In this document: piece by piece, positions 29,294 to 41,142 of the stretch | How positions within the stretch are numbered: position 1 is the first letter of the stretch | Layout: the number at the start of each line of letters is the position of its first letter | Assembly: GCA_963751345.1 (NCBI GenBank) | Contig: CAVVUS010000018.1 | Coordinates: forward strand, 96,001 to 160,000 | Direction: 5' to 3' | Length of the DNA stretch: 64,000 nucleotides | Origin: an uncultured Chloroflexia bacterium | Lineage (GTDB): Bacteria; Chloroflexota; Anaerolineae; B4-G1; SLSP01 | Made by a program: the position numbers and the translations under genes | The notes under the pieces: model-generated | What the model saw: the letters and a program-made list of their open reading frames with translations, nothing else | Told to the model about the DNA's origin: nothing | The model's database searches: none

Positions 29294-31211
29294 CAGCGAC
29301 GAAGAATCTGAGATCTTCGCACTGGCGCAGGGACGAGACTACGTCGCGTCAGTGTTGATGACGCCGACGGATGATTCCCCACTCATAGTCAGAAATGGGG
29401 GATCTACTCACATGTCTTCCCCATTTGTGGCGTAGAATAGGATAGAGAACGCCATAAGTGAGGGGGGGGCGCCCAACTACGGCCAAGCGCACGCATACGG
29501 AAGTCCGGCACCCTCGCTGGCGTGCAGCTCCCCAAGGATTGGCCTCCTTTTTGGTTTTTCGCGTTCCTTGCCCCGCGACCCTCCTGTTCTACCATCATCC
29601 AGGTACTCCCTGGGAGGTGCGTCGATGTCAACCCGTAGTGTCCCGAAATCTGATGCGCTGCTGCAACCAGCCACCGACACCGCAGACCCTGACGTTGCCG
29701 CGCAATGGGCGCTCTTCAAGGCTTTGGTGATGACCGTAGAGCACTTCTTTGGCGGCTGGGCGCCGCTGTTCCGCTCCCTGACTGACCACCGTGACCCTAC
29801 CCGCCTGACGTATCCTTTGCCGACGCTGATGGCCACGGGCGTCTTGATGTTTCTGTTCCGCCTGGGGGCGCGCCGCCAGATCGCGGAGTTGCTCCGCGAC
29901 AACGGTCCGGCCACGGCCAAGTATCAAGCCTGGTTACAGGTGCCCCAATGTCCCCACGGTGACACCCTCAACTACGCGTTTGCCCGCAGTGAGGTCGCCG
30001 AAGTCCAGGACGTGGTCTCCTCCATGGTCGCCACGCTGATCCGCCGCAAGTGCCTCGATGCGGAGCGACTCCTGGGCCACGACTATCTGGTCGCCATCGA
30101 CGGCACTGGCTTTCTCACCTATCCGGAACGTCATTGTCCGTATTGCCTGACCCGCACGCAGCATGGCCACACCACCTACTACCACCCCGTGCTGGAGGCC
30201 AAGTTGATCACTCCCTCGGGCTGGGTCTTCTCCTTGATGACCGAATTCATCGAGAACCCCGGTGAAAACCCTACGAAGCAGGATTGTGAACTCAAAGCCT
30301 GTTATCGTTTGCTGCGCCGCTTGAAGATGCGCTTCCCGCGGTTGCCCATCTGCTTGACCTTGGATGGCTTGTATGCCGGAGGCCCCACCTTTTCTCTGTG
30401 CGAAGCCTATCATTGGAAGTACATCGTCGTCCTGCAAGACGCCGACATCCCCTATATCAACACGGAGTTCGCGGCACTCAGCCCGCTGGAACCCGGTCAG
30501 CACCTGCGGTTTGAGACCGGGGTGCAGCATGAGATCCAGCAGGACTTGCGCTGGGTGAAGGACATTGCGTACGTCGACTCTGAGAACATCGAACATATGC
30601 TGTCCGTGATCCAATGCTTGGAAACCAAACCCTCAGCGCAGCAACCACGCCTGACCACCCGCTTCAAATGGGTGACCAACTTCGCGGTGACGGCCCACAA
30701 CGTCGTCGAACTGGCCAATCAAGGAGGACGCCTACGCTGGAAAATCGAAAATGAGGGCTTCAACGTGCAGAAAAACGGAGGATACGCACTCGAACACCGC
30801 TACAGTGAAGATCCTGTCGCCAGCAAGATCTTCTATCTGCTGCTGCAGATCGCGCATCTGCTCGCCCAACTCATCCAACGCGGCAGTCTCTTTCGCCGCG
30901 CCTTTCCCAAAGGCGTCGGTTCTGCCAAGAACATCGCCTTTCGGTTGCTTGAAGCTTGGCGCAACTTGCGTCTGCCTTCTTCCGCAGTGCAGTCGCTGCT
31001 GGATGCCCGCATCCAGATTCGTTTCACGCCCCCATGAGCATGCTGCCGTTCCTGTGCGTATCCTCCTCCCAGTATACTCCGGCTAGCCCTACGCCCAACC
31101 GTCATCCTGCGGTTGGTCCATGCCCCTTTGCCGGACGGACCCCTCCTTCCTCTCCCCACTCTCCGCCGCTCCTCAGTTGGCTACCTTTGCCTCGCTGCTT
31201 CTTCGTTGCTG
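29294..31211 (+). mobile_element. Complete insertion sequence (~1918 bp) with 13-bp TIRs and a 9-bp target-site duplication
   Basis: Left end CAGCGACGAAGAA; right end TTCTTCGTTGCTG (1 mismatch); direct repeat GGTCTACCT at 29285-29293 and 31212-31220. Confidence 0.88.
29625..31037 (+). CDS. DDE transposase (DDE_Tnp_1-like, IS4 superfamily/ISNCY-type; exact family uncertain)
   Basis: AIDGTG, HCPYCL, KQDCELKA, LDGLYA and GRLRWKIENEGFNVQK; ggagg RBS. Confidence 0.88.
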   Translation: MSTRSVPKSDALLQPATDTADPDVAAQWALFKALVMTVEHFFGGWAPLFRSLTDHRDPTRLTYPLPTLMATGVLMFLFRLGARRQIAELLRDNGPATAKYQAWLQVPQCPHGDTLNYAFARSEVAEVQDVVSSMVATLIRRKCLDAERLLGHDYLVAIDGTGFLTYPERHCPYCLTRTQHGHTTYYHPVLEAKLITPSGWVFSLMTEFIENPGENPTKQDCELKACYRLLRRLKMRFPRLPICLTLDGLYAGGPTFSLCEAYHWKYIVVLQDADIPYINTEFAALSPLEPGQHLRFETGVQHEIQQDLRWVKDIAYVDSENIEHMLSVIQCLETKPSAQQPRLTTRFKWVTNFAVTAHNVVELANQGGRLRWKIENEGFNVQKNGGYALEHRYSEDPVASKIFYLLLQIAHLLAQLIQRGSLFRRAFPKGVGSAKNIAFRLLEAWRNLRLPSSAVQSLLDARIQIRFTPP

Positions 31212-31228
31212 GGTCTACCTCTATGTAC

Positions 31229-31290
31229 TTGACACTGCTATCTGCGTGTGATACAATGGCTTTGATATTTTACATATCATATGTGATACA
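31229..31290 (+). promoter_or_regulatory. Island promoter P2 plus heptamer array (fucosidase operon)
   Basis: TTGACA(31229)-N17-TACAAT; heptamers TGATATT TTACATA TCATATG TGATACA at 31263-31290. Confidence 0.72.
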
Positions 31291-31402
31291 CCAAGCTTGC
31301 CGACGCCGGTTCCTATTGATGGGTACGCTGCCCAGACCCAGGCAACGGTTGAGGTAAATCTCTCCAATGATCGAGCACCAATACTCTCATGTGGGGGATA
31401 CA

Positions 31403-32704
31403 TTGTTACCGCTGAGGAAGACGACCGGAGACCCCGCGTCTTGGGTTCACAACCGATTTGGGTTGTGCATTTTCTGGGGGCTTTACTCACTGGCAGCCCG
31501 TCACGAATGGGTACAAAGTCATGAGGAGATGAGTACCGAAGTTATATGCAAGATACTTCGACCACTTCTACCCGGACCTGTACGAGCCGCGAGCAGGGCC
31601 CGGGCGGCGAAAGACGCAGGAATGCGGTACGTGTTGATATGCACGAAACACCACGATGGGTTCTGCCTGTGGGATACCGCGACGACGGATTTAAGGCAAC
31701 CAATACACCCTATGGCCGGGACCTCCTCACACCTATGGTGAATGCTTTTCGTGAGGAAGGACTAGATGTGTTTTTCTACTTCTCCCTCATTGATTGGCAC
31801 CATAGTGAGTTCCCTATTGATGCCAACCACCCTATGCGGAACGATCGAGCATTCCGAGAGGCGACGCGGGAGAGGAATATTCGGACGATGTCCCCGGTAA
31901 TGTTCGAGCAGGTAAGGGAGCTGCTGACACAGTTTGGAGATATCGGTATGTTTTTTCCGGATTTTTCCTACCCTGGCGACGATGGGAAGGGACGCGAGGA
32001 TTGGCAATCAGGCAGGCGCTAGTGGAGTTAGTGCGGGAGTTGCAGCCAAACACACTCTTGAACGACCGACTTGATCTCCTTGACATGCATTGGGGATGGG
32101 ACTTTCGGACACCTGAGCAGGTCATGCCTCAGAAGTGGCCTGTGGTTGATGGCGAGCGCGGGTACATTGGGAGGCCTATCACACGTTCTCTGGTTCGTGG
32201 GGCTATCATCGAGATGAGGCATCCTGGAAAAGCGTGGAGCAGTGCGTGCAGTTGTTGGCCAGAGGCGGTCAGTAAGGGCGGCAATCTCACCTTCAATGTA
32301 GGTCCGACGGCTCGCGGTGACTTTGATCGTCGCGCGCTAGATCGCCTCGCGGGTATTGGCGGACTGGATGAGATTTCACAGCAGGATCGATCTATGGTTG
32401 TACGCAAGCTCCAGAGGAAATCCAGCGCACCGGACAATCTGGCTCGCTCACGGAACAAGCTCCGGCTGAATCGACTCTTTCCGCACAGAATTGCGGCCAT
32501 ACAAGGTGCTACATCTTGCCGGCATGGCCGACCGCGTCAAATACGCACAACTCCTAAACGATGGCTCAGAATTGCGTCCATTGGAACTGAACATCCCGAA
32601 CAACAGACTGCTGGCCGGTCTGCAGGAAAAGGACTTGTCGCTCTCGCTGCCTGTCTGACAAGCCGGATGTGGCCCTACCCGTGATTGAGCTATTTCTCGA
32701 CTAG
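31403..32704 (+). CDS. Alpha-L-fucosidase (GH29), heavily frameshifted
   Basis: Fragments NRFGLCIFWGLYSLAARHEWV, AKDAGMRYVLICTKHHDGFCLWDT, YFSLIDWHH, DFRTPEQ and VSKGGNLTFNVGPTARG; ends PVIELFLD. Confidence 0.82.
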
Positions 32705-32720
32705 ATGGAATTCAAATGAG

Positions 32721-32862
<142 letters not shown>

Positions 32863-32936
32863 CATGCAGTAAAAGGACGCAAAATACGCAGATTCTTTGG
32901 CTCTGAACAACGATTGACGCCCGAAGGAAAAAGACA

Positions 32937-34346
32937 ATGCCTAAAGATCTGCCCAATATTCTCATTTTGCTCTCCGACGAACACTGTGGCATGGCTATGT
33001 CGCATGTCGGTGATCCTAACGTACGAACGGCGGCGATGGATCGGTTGGCAAGCGAAGGTGTCAGTTTCCCACGGGCCTACGCAAACTGTCCTATCTGCGT
33101 GTCATCGCGTGGGACGATTTTCTCCGGAAGACATGCGCAGACGGCAGCCCCGTCTCGGGCTTTTTCGACGTCTACAAGGCCACGGCGCCCAGTACCGCCA
33201 CCATCTCTGCAGGAATCCGGTTATCACACAGCCTATTTTGGCAAATGGCACTGCGGCACGGTCCGAGACCAGATTCCGCCCGAGGCACGTGCCCATCTTG
33301 AAGAAATCGGCGGCCACCCCGATCGCACGCCTGAGTATCACCGGACTGGCTTTCAGGACTGGTATGCATTTGAGGGAAGTCGGTACTTTAACGTCCATTA
33401 CTATCACAATAACTGATATCGAGCCCACCCAACCTGCAGGGTTATGAGACGGACGGACTCACTGACCTTGTGATAGGCTATTTGGAATCGTTACAATCGT
33501 GATCAGCCCCTCTGCCTCGTGCTTAGTGTCACGCCTCCTCACTTTCCCTCTGATTGTGCCGGATAGATGGCTGCTCATTTTGATCCTGATACGATCATTG
33601 TGCGCGAGAACTTCAATCGTCCGGACCCTTTTTTCTTCAGTGTTGAGCCGGAGGGTGACAGGGATCTGCGGCAAAAGCTGGCGCGATACTACGCCATGAT
33701 CCAGAACCTGGACTGGAATATCGGGCGCCTTATGGCGGCTTTTGGAGAGCGATGAGCGCTTTGCGAACACCCTCACGATGTACATCTCCGATCACGGGGA
33801 CTATATGGGAGAGTCACGGTCTCCTATCGACCAAGATCCACCATCACGAAGAGAGTGTGCGGGGCCCGGCGGTATTCCACCGGCCGGGGCGCATCCCAAG
33901 TCAAGGTTTGACAGATGGCCTGTTCGGCCTGGTGGACTTGCTGCCGACAATTCTGGGATCTGGTTGGGGTTACAATCCCTTCGCACATCCAGGGCACCAG
34001 CTTTGCACCTCGCTTGCTGGGTGAAGAGTTTGATGCCCCTGAAGCGGTGCTACTCGAGATGGTCAACAATCCCCGGTGGAGCCTGCGCTTACTGGATTGG
34101 CGTGGAGTGGTCACAAAGCGCTACAAGTATGCCTTCTGTGAGACTGAGCGCCAGGTATTGTTCGACCTGGAGAATGACCCATACGAACTTGAGAATCTGG
34201 CCGAGACCCAGCCTGTCCTGTGTTCCAGTATGCGGAAGCTGACTCTCCGCATGCCGGCAGAGACCAGAGAGCCCTATTTTGACGTGCTGATGGAGCACGG
34301 TGTTGTCCCGGCCTGGCCACCAGTCGATGTGTCGAGGCTCAATTGA
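32937..34346 (+). CDS. Sulfatase (S1 family), several frameshifts
   Basis: PNILILLSDEH, CPICVSSR, GYHTAYFGKWH, YYAMIQNLDWNIGRL, ISDHGD and LFDLENDPYELENLA. Confidence 0.85.
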
Positions 34347-34485
34347 GCACGGTCTCCTGCTGTGCCAGCCGAGACACAACCGATGTTACGGGTCAGCCGG
34401 TCGTGATCTGGACATGAGTGCGCGAACTGTGAGTGGCGCTGAACTATGCTGGGGTCGCCTTACAAGCTGAGACAAGGAGTTGACC

Positions 34486-36945
34486 GTGCATAACGAGAGG
34501 TGTTCACTTCTAGATCCATACACCGGCCCCTTACTGAACCATCTAGCGTATCCCTTAGGAGGGATCGGCGCGGGAATGATCTGTCTTGAGGGAGCTGGTG
34601 CGCTGTCCCACGTCTCTGTTCGTGGCACTCTAGACCTATATAACGAGCCGCTCATGTTTGCAGCTATCAGCGTGAGGGACCGACCGGATCTGGCGAGGGT
34701 GCTTGAAGGACCGGTGCCTGAATGGAAGCTATACAGCCAACCCAATGCGGGGAATGGTCTCCATTACACGGACTATGGCCTACCTCGCTTCGACCGCGCC
34801 TCGTTCCAGGCACGGTTTCCCTTCGGTGTGGTGACTTTCGGTGACGAACTGATGCCTGTCGACGTAGTGATCACCGGATGGAGTCCCTTCGTGCCGGGCG
34901 ACGCCGATAGCAGTAGCCTGCCGCTGGCGGCGTTGCAGTACACCTTCACTAACACGACAGACGCGTCAGTCGAGGCCGTCTATTCCTTTCACTCACGCAA
35001 CCATATGGCGGTGGCCCCCGGCAGTTCGGGCGCCGTTCTCAGCACCAAGAACGGCTTTGTGCTGTGGGAGGGAGGCAGTGCCGAGAGCCCCTGGGAGCAG
35101 GGGGCGTTCAGTGCCGTTGTGGACGATTCTGGGTGTAAAGTCAACTCTGCCCTGTTCCGTGGTGGCGGGGCCGATCTCACCACAATGATCTGGAAATCCA
35201 TCAGTGAGGGAGCCGTCGTCGAAGGCGCACCTGTTGAGGAGAGGGGCACCGAGCCCGGGTGCAAGCCTATACGTCCCGCTGAGTCTGGAATCGGGTGAGA
35301 GCAAGACCATCAGGCTACGGCTGGCATGGTACGCGCCCGTGACCAACCTGCGCCTGGGGAAGGATCCTGATGGGAGTGTGATTTGCTGTGCCGGCGGTTG
35401 TGCAAGCACTCACAGCCCCTGGTACGCAGGCGTCTTCGACGACATCGAGGCCGTGACAGGCTACTGGCGATCTCAGATGATAATCTCAAGGCCAAGACGC
35501 AGGCCTTTACCGATGCATTCTACGACACCACGCTTCCACCCGACGTCGTGGAGACCGTTGCTGCAAACTTGACCATCCTCAAGTCGCCCACGGTGCAACG
35601 GCAGATCGACGGCAGGCTCTGGTGTTGGGAGGGATGCAGCGATACGAAGGGATGTTGTCACGGTTCGTGTACGCACGTCTGGAACTATGCGATGGCGATT
35701 CCCCACCTTTTCCCCTCGCTAGAGCGATCCCTACGTGAGACAGAATTCTATGTGGATCAGGATACAGAAGGTCATCAGGCGTTCCGCGCCAGTCTACCTA
35801 TCCGCCCCCCGGATCATAGCTTCCATGCAGCCTGTGATGGTCAGTTGGGTGGGATTATGAAAGTCTATCGGGAATGGCGGATCTGCGGCGATGAGATGTG
35901 GCTGCGACGTCTATGGCCCAAAGTGCAACAGAGCCTGGACTACTGTATTGAGACCTGGGATCCCGAGCATCAGGGCGTTATCGCAGAACCACACCACAAC
36001 ACCTATGATATCGAGTTCTGGGGACCGGACGGTATGTGTACTTCCTTCTACCTTGGAGCGCTCAAGGCTGCCGCGTCCATGGCCGAGACCTTGGGCGTAG
36101 ATGCCTCTCTCTACCGGGATCTACTCAACAAGGGTATTGTGTACATGGAGTCAGAGCTTTGGGACGGAGAGTACTTCATTCAGAAGATCCAGTGGGAGGG
36201 TCTACACGCTCCAGATCCCACACAGGCTCAGAGTTGGACGAAGTACTCACCAGAAGCTGAGGCTCTTCTAAGACTCGAGGGGCCCAAGTATCAGTATGGG
36301 CAGGGCTGTCTTTCGGACGGTGTGCTAGGTGTTTGGATCGCGGCTATGTGTGGTATAGGGGATTTTCTGGACCGGAGCAGAGTTCGAAGTCACCTGAATG
36401 CCGTGCATCGATACAACCTCAGGCACAGCCTGAAGCGACACGCCAACCCTCAACGTACGACCTATGCACTGGGCGAGGACGGTGGCTTGCTACTCTGTAC
36501 TTGGCCCAAAGGCGGGGCGCTCTCCCTCCCCTTTGTCTACAGTAATGAGGTTTGGACTGGCATCGAGTACCAAGTTGCGGCACACCTTCTGATGATGGGG
36601 GATAGAGACGCCGGTCTCGAGATCGTACGTGTCGCTCGCGATCGATATGATAGCCACCTGCGCAATCCGTTCGATGAATATGAATGTGGACACTGGTATG
36701 CGCGGGCGCTGTCTAGCTATGGCCTAATCCAGGCGCTCAGCGGAGCCCGATATGATGCCGTAGCCAGGACAGTGGTCGTAGCTCCGTCCATTCCAGGCGA
36801 CTTCAGGGCGTTTCTGTCCACGGCCACTGGCTATGGAACAGTTGGTGTGAAGAACGGAGAGCCCTTCGTCGAGGTGGCCTCCGGCACGATTCCATATGAG
36901 AGAATCGACTATGTACCCTGCTGCGCTGTTGGGGGTGTGATGTGA
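34486..36945 (+). CDS. GH116 (GBA2-like) beta-glycosidase, two frameshifts
   Basis: PLGGIGAG, GWSPFVPGD..SSLP, CCHGSCTHVWNYA, HNTYDIEF, YSNEVWTGIEY and NPFDEYECGHWYAR. Confidence 0.87.
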
Positions 36946-38306
36946 GGATCATCTACTTCGACATTGACTGCTTGCGCCCTGACCATCTTGGGTGCTATGG
37001 CTATGAGCGGCCGACTTCGCCAACCTTGGACACGATCGCAGCGGAAGGCGTGTGCCTCGATCACTACTACTGTGGCAGCTCGCCCTGTCTGCCCTCGCGG
37101 ACCGCTTTGATGTCCGGTCGCTTCGGAATCCGCAATGGTGTCATCAGCAATCATGGTGCCGGAGCGCGTTTCAGGATCCAGACCCGTGGCTACCATGGAC
37201 CGAACCCGGAGAACGAAATGCTGATGCGGCAGCTGCGCCGCTATGGCTACGACACGATCAGCTTCTCGAATTTCGCCGACCGGCACAACGCCCTGTGGTT
37301 CATGTACGGCTGGTCCGAGTTCCACACCCCCAACCTGAAGGGCGGGGCGGAGACTGCGGCCGAGGTGAATGCACCCGTGCTCCGCTGGCTAAAGCATAGT
37401 GCACACAGGGAAAACTACTTCCTTCACATCAACTACTGGGATGTTCATCGCTGCTACAAGATGGACGTCTCCTGGACGGACCGCTTCCGTGATTCACCGG
37501 TGCCACAGATATGGCCGGATAAGGCTGCCATCAGTGGGCATCAGACCATGAAAGGTCACTTCACAGCGCAGGGGCAGTTCGGTGACGGTGTCAGTTCTTT
37601 CCCCTTGATGCCTGGCGCTGTTGCGTCTCGCGCAGACTTCGAGCAACTCGTCACCGGCTACGATGCTGCGATCGCCTACACGGATAGCCACGTGGCAGAG
37701 GTGCTAGAGGAGCTGGAAAGGCAAGGCGTCCTAGATGACGCGGTGTTGATCGTCTCGGCTGATCACGGCGACTCCTTTGGTGAGCACGGAATCTACTCGG
37801 ATCATGTATGTGCGGACGAATGTGTCCATCGGGTTCCCCTGATGGTTCGGTGGCCAGGCATCACCGCCCCAGGTCACCACGACACTGGGTTGCTCTACAA
37901 TGTTGATCTGGCCCCGACGCTCTGCGATCTTCTCGGGATTCCCTCTCCTCCGGGCTGGGACGGTGCCTCATTCAAGGAAAACCTGCGCGGTGCAAGAGGA
38001 CTGGACCGGGAGTTCCTGGTCTGGGATTGTGGCTTGTATGCCGTTCAGCGTGCCGTGCGCACGAGGACACACCTGATGATCCGCACCTATGACGACTATG
38101 GCTACAATATGGCACCCGTTGAGCTCTACGACCTCGTCAGCGATCCGTGTCAGACAGGCGACATTGCCACAGAATCGCCAGGCATCGTCCGGGAGTGCAG
38201 CACGCTGATGGATGATTGGGTACAGGAGCAGATGCGCAAACCACACTGGTATGGTGATCCCCTGAGTGAGATCCTCCGCGAACGCGGGCAGGCACACATA
38301 CGCTGA
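36942..38306 (+). CDS. Sulfatase (Cys-type)
   Basis: DIDCLRPDHLGCYGY, SPCLPSR and SADHG; start overlaps the GH116 stop. Confidence 0.9.
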   Translation: MRIIYFDIDCLRPDHLGCYGYERPTSPTLDTIAAEGVCLDHYYCGSSPCLPSRTALMSGRFGIRNGVISNHGAGARFRIQTRGYHGPNPENEMLMRQLRRYGYDTISFSNFADRHNALWFMYGWSEFHTPNLKGGAETAAEVNAPVLRWLKHSAHRENYFLHINYWDVHRCYKMDVSWTDRFRDSPVPQIWPDKAAISGHQTMKGHFTAQGQFGDGVSSFPLMPGAVASRADFEQLVTGYDAAIAYTDSHVAEVLEELERQGVLDDAVLIVSADHGDSFGEHGIYSDHVCADECVHRVPLMVRWPGITAPGHHDTGLLYNVDLAPTLCDLLGIPSPPGWDGASFKENLRGARGLDREFLVWDCGLYAVQRAVRTRTHLMIRTYDDYGYNMAPVELYDLVSDPCQTGDIATESPGIVRECSTLMDDWVQEQMRKPHWYGDPLSEILRERGQAHIR

Positions 38307-38513
38307 TGATGCCGACCCCGGATTCCCGGCTGGTGGCAGGACCGAAGTCATGGAGAGCCGACGAGGTGTTGGCAGCGTGTGGGGTAGAGGGAGGGGGGAC
38401 TCCGCTGAGGTCTCCGTGCTGTCTTTGAGAAAGCGCCCGGTCCATAGGGAAAGTAGCCAGTCCGTGTCAGTGTCTCGTGTTCTGGTCTGAGTCTTCTTAT
38501 GGAGGAACCCGCG

Positions 38514-39581
38514 ATGATCAACGTAGGTATTATCGGTATGGGGCGAAGTGGATGGGAACTCCATGCTGCTCCATTGTCCCAGATCCCAGACTACTGCCTG
38601 GTGGCCTTGTGCGATCGTAGTGAAGCACGCCGTAAAGAGGCAGCCAAGACTTTTGGGGCGGTTCCTTACGCGGAAGCACAGGATCTAATCTCCGATGCGG
38701 AGGTGGATCTCGTCGTCGTGGCCGCTCCCAGCAATCTTCACGCAGAACTGGCGATTGCAGCCTTGGACGCGGGCAAGCACGTCATCGTCGAGAAGCCGAT
38801 GGCGCTGACGTTGGCCGAGGCAGATGCCATGGTGGCAGCTGCAGAGCGGTCTGGACGTGTACTCACGGTGTTCCATAATCGGCATTGGGATCCTGATTAC
38901 CTGCTTGTCAAGGAAATGGTTCGACATCGGACGTTGGGGGACCTTCTGACGCTGGATTCCCGTGTGATGACGTATGGTCCGGAGTGGACCACGTTCGGTG
39001 TTCCTGAGTTCGACCCGGGCTGGCGACTCAAGGTCGCCCACGGTGGTGGCTTCCTGGCCGACTGGGGGCCTCACCTGATCGAGCAGGTACTGGACCTAAC
39101 CGGTGAGATGCCATCGAGAGTGACCTGCGATCTGCGCAGTCATCTCTGGGCCGTCGAGGTTGAGGACTACTTCAACATTCGCCTGGCGTTCCCGTCAGGG
39201 CTGTTAGTGACCTTGGAGGGCAGCAACAATGCCCGCATCCCCTTGTGCCGTTGGTTCGTGGTTGGCAGCGAGGCAACCCTCTACGCCGATGGTAGCTGGG
39301 GGCGTTGGACCGAGATGCGGATTCGAGGTTCCGTGGGCGGCATCTCGATGGACCTGCTGCCTCAAGACGTCGGTTCCAGCAGCGCCGGACAGAAGTTCGA
39401 TGTTGGCGATGGGCTCAGCGATAAGTTCTATGGCGATCTAGCCGTTGCCCTTCAGACCCGGCAGCAGCCCACTATCTCGGCGCAGCGTGCACGCGATGTC
39501 ATGGTTGTACTGGAGGCGGCACGTCTGTCCAATACCCGCGGCAAGACAATAGAGATGAAGGGCCGCGAGGGCATAGTCTGA
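38514..39581 (+). CDS. Gfo/Idh/MocA family oxidoreductase
   Basis: VGIIGMGRSG, EKPMA and GGFLADWGPHLI. Confidence 0.9.
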   Translation: MINVGIIGMGRSGWELHAAPLSQIPDYCLVALCDRSEARRKEAAKTFGAVPYAEAQDLISDAEVDLVVVAAPSNLHAELAIAALDAGKHVIVEKPMALTLAEADAMVAAAERSGRVLTVFHNRHWDPDYLLVKEMVRHRTLGDLLTLDSRVMTYGPEWTTFGVPEFDPGWRLKVAHGGGFLADWGPHLIEQVLDLTGEMPSRVTCDLRSHLWAVEVEDYFNIRLAFPSGLLVTLEGSNNARIPLCRWFVVGSEATLYADGSWGRWTEMRIRGSVGGISMDLLPQDVGSSSAGQKFDVGDGLSDKFYGDLAVALQTRQQPTISAQRARDVMVVLEAARLSNTRGKTIEMKGREGIV

Positions 39582-39582
39582 G

Positions 39583-39615
39583 GAGCCCTCCGGGCGTGCA
39601 CATCACGCAGGGCTC
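39583..39615 (+). terminator. Stem-loop closing the P2 operon
   Basis: gagccct...gcgtg cacat cacgc agggctc directly after the stop codon. Confidence 0.45.
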
Positions 39616-39646
39616 GCCCAGACTATACCAGAAACTCTCAGAATGC

Positions 39647-39706
39647 TTGACACAGGCTCTGACTGGTGATATCATACATGACGTACCATATGTGATATTT
39701 CACACA
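39647..39706 (+). promoter_or_regulatory. Island promoter P3 plus heptamer array
   Basis: TTGACA(39647)-N17-TATCAT; heptamers TCATACA TGACGTA CCATATG TGATATT TCACACA at 39672-39706. Confidence 0.72.
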
Positions 39707-39767
39707 TCAGTCAGGCCTGGCCCAACTTGGAAGAGGCGTGGGTAACTAGGGTCTGAAAGGTGAATCT

Positions 39768-41123
39768 ATGAACAATCAGGCGACAGCGATCCAGGAATTA
39801 GCTCGGTACGTCACTACAGCCAGTCTAGAGCAGCTTCCAGACCGTGTGGTAGCGCGGGCCGAAGCCATTCTGCTTGACACGATCGGCTCGCTATTGGCGG
39901 CGACTTCGAAGCGGTATACTGCCGGTCAGCGGCTGCTGGCCTATGTGCGGGGCCAGGGCGGCACACCGGAGAGCAAGCTCATCGGTGTGCCCGATCGAGT
40001 GGGATGCGTCAACGCATCCCTGTATGGTGGTACGCTGGGCTACTACTGCGATCTTGATGCTCACCACCCCGGAGCGATTATGCACGCGCCCGCGATCGTG
40101 GTGCCCACGGCGCTAGCAGTCGCGGAGCGCGAGAATCGCGGGGGTGCCGATCTCCTGACTGCAATAGTTCTCGGCATTGACGTGGCTTGCCGGGTGAGCA
40201 ACGCGATCGGACCCACGATCTTGTACTCCCGGGGACAGCATCCCACGTGCATGGCAGGAGGCTTTGGCGCGGCGGCGGCGGCAGGCTATCTTCTTGGGCT
40301 GGACGAGGCAGCCATGAGACGTGCTTGGGGGCTCGTCGGCACACAGGCATCGGGCTTGCTTGCCTGGGAGACAGACACCACGGAGAACTCGCGCCCCTTC
40401 AATCCGGGCATTGCGGCACGTAATGGGGCTACGGGTGCCCTCCTGGCATCTTACGATTTTGGGGGACCACCCGATGTGTTTGAGGGCAAGTTCAACCTGC
40501 TTGGTGCCTTGTCCGACGCGCCCCAGGTTGGTGAGTTGACGACTCAACTGGGGTCCCGCTTTCTCATCGAAGAGCTAGCTGTGAAGCGCTATGCTTGCTG
40601 TGCGTTCCTGCATCCCGGCTTGGACGGCCTCGAGGAGATTCTCTCAGAGCACGACCTCGGCGCCGATGGTATCGATGCTGTCCGGTTGCGGTTCGCCAAA
40701 TCGGGCGTGGCGTTGATCGATAACAACCCCCTACGTTCCCACTGTGGCCAATACGTGCTGCCCATCTACATCCTGGAGCGGAAGATCACCATCGACGATA
40801 TCCTGATCGACCGCCGTGGCGAATCCCAGATTGCAGCCCTGAGCGACAAGATCCAGGTGCTAGGTGACGATGGTCTGGATGTTGAGTTTCCGGAGCGGTA
40901 TACGACGATCATTGAGGCGGATCACGGAGGGCATACGTTCTCGCGGCGCGTCCCCTTCGCCAAAGGGTGTCCTGAGAATCCACTGACTGCGGAGGAGCTG
41001 GAAGCGAAGTTCCGCTGGCTCGCAGGTACCGTCTGTGATAGCACGCGCGTAGATGAGATCATATCCACGGTACGCGGTATCCGCCATCAAGGTTCAGTCA
41101 GGGATCTAGTCGAACTGCTGTAA
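39768..41123 (+). CDS. MmgE/PrpD family protein
   Basis: LLDTIGSLLA, DLDAHH...MHAPAIVVP, QHPT, KRYACC and KGCPENPL...KFR. Confidence 0.88.
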   Translation: MNNQATAIQELARYVTTASLEQLPDRVVARAEAILLDTIGSLLAATSKRYTAGQRLLAYVRGQGGTPESKLIGVPDRVGCVNASLYGGTLGYYCDLDAHHPGAIMHAPAIVVPTALAVAERENRGGADLLTAIVLGIDVACRVSNAIGPTILYSRGQHPTCMAGGFGAAAAAGYLLGLDEAAMRRAWGLVGTQASGLLAWETDTTENSRPFNPGIAARNGATGALLASYDFGGPPDVFEGKFNLLGALSDAPQVGELTTQLGSRFLIEELAVKRYACCAFLHPGLDGLEEILSEHDLGADGIDAVRLRFAKSGVALIDNNPLRSHCGQYVLPIYILERKITIDDILIDRRGESQIAALSDKIQVLGDDGLDVEFPERYTTIIEADHGGHTFSRRVPFAKGCPENPLTAEELEAKFRWLAGTVCDSTRVDEIISTVRGIRHQGSVRDLVELL

Positions 41124-41142
41124 CACAAAGCAAAGGAGAGCG

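Noticed and set aside
29268-29340. Apparent second REP-like copy (gttctgagcg...cgaagaatct...gagatcttcgc)
   Set aside because: It spans the IS left junction; the resemblance comes mostly from the TIR sequence.
33085-33112. Non-canonical sulfatase motif CVSSR
   Set aside because: It lies in a very error-rich stretch and one substitution restores CxPxR, so it is not trustworthy as a variant.
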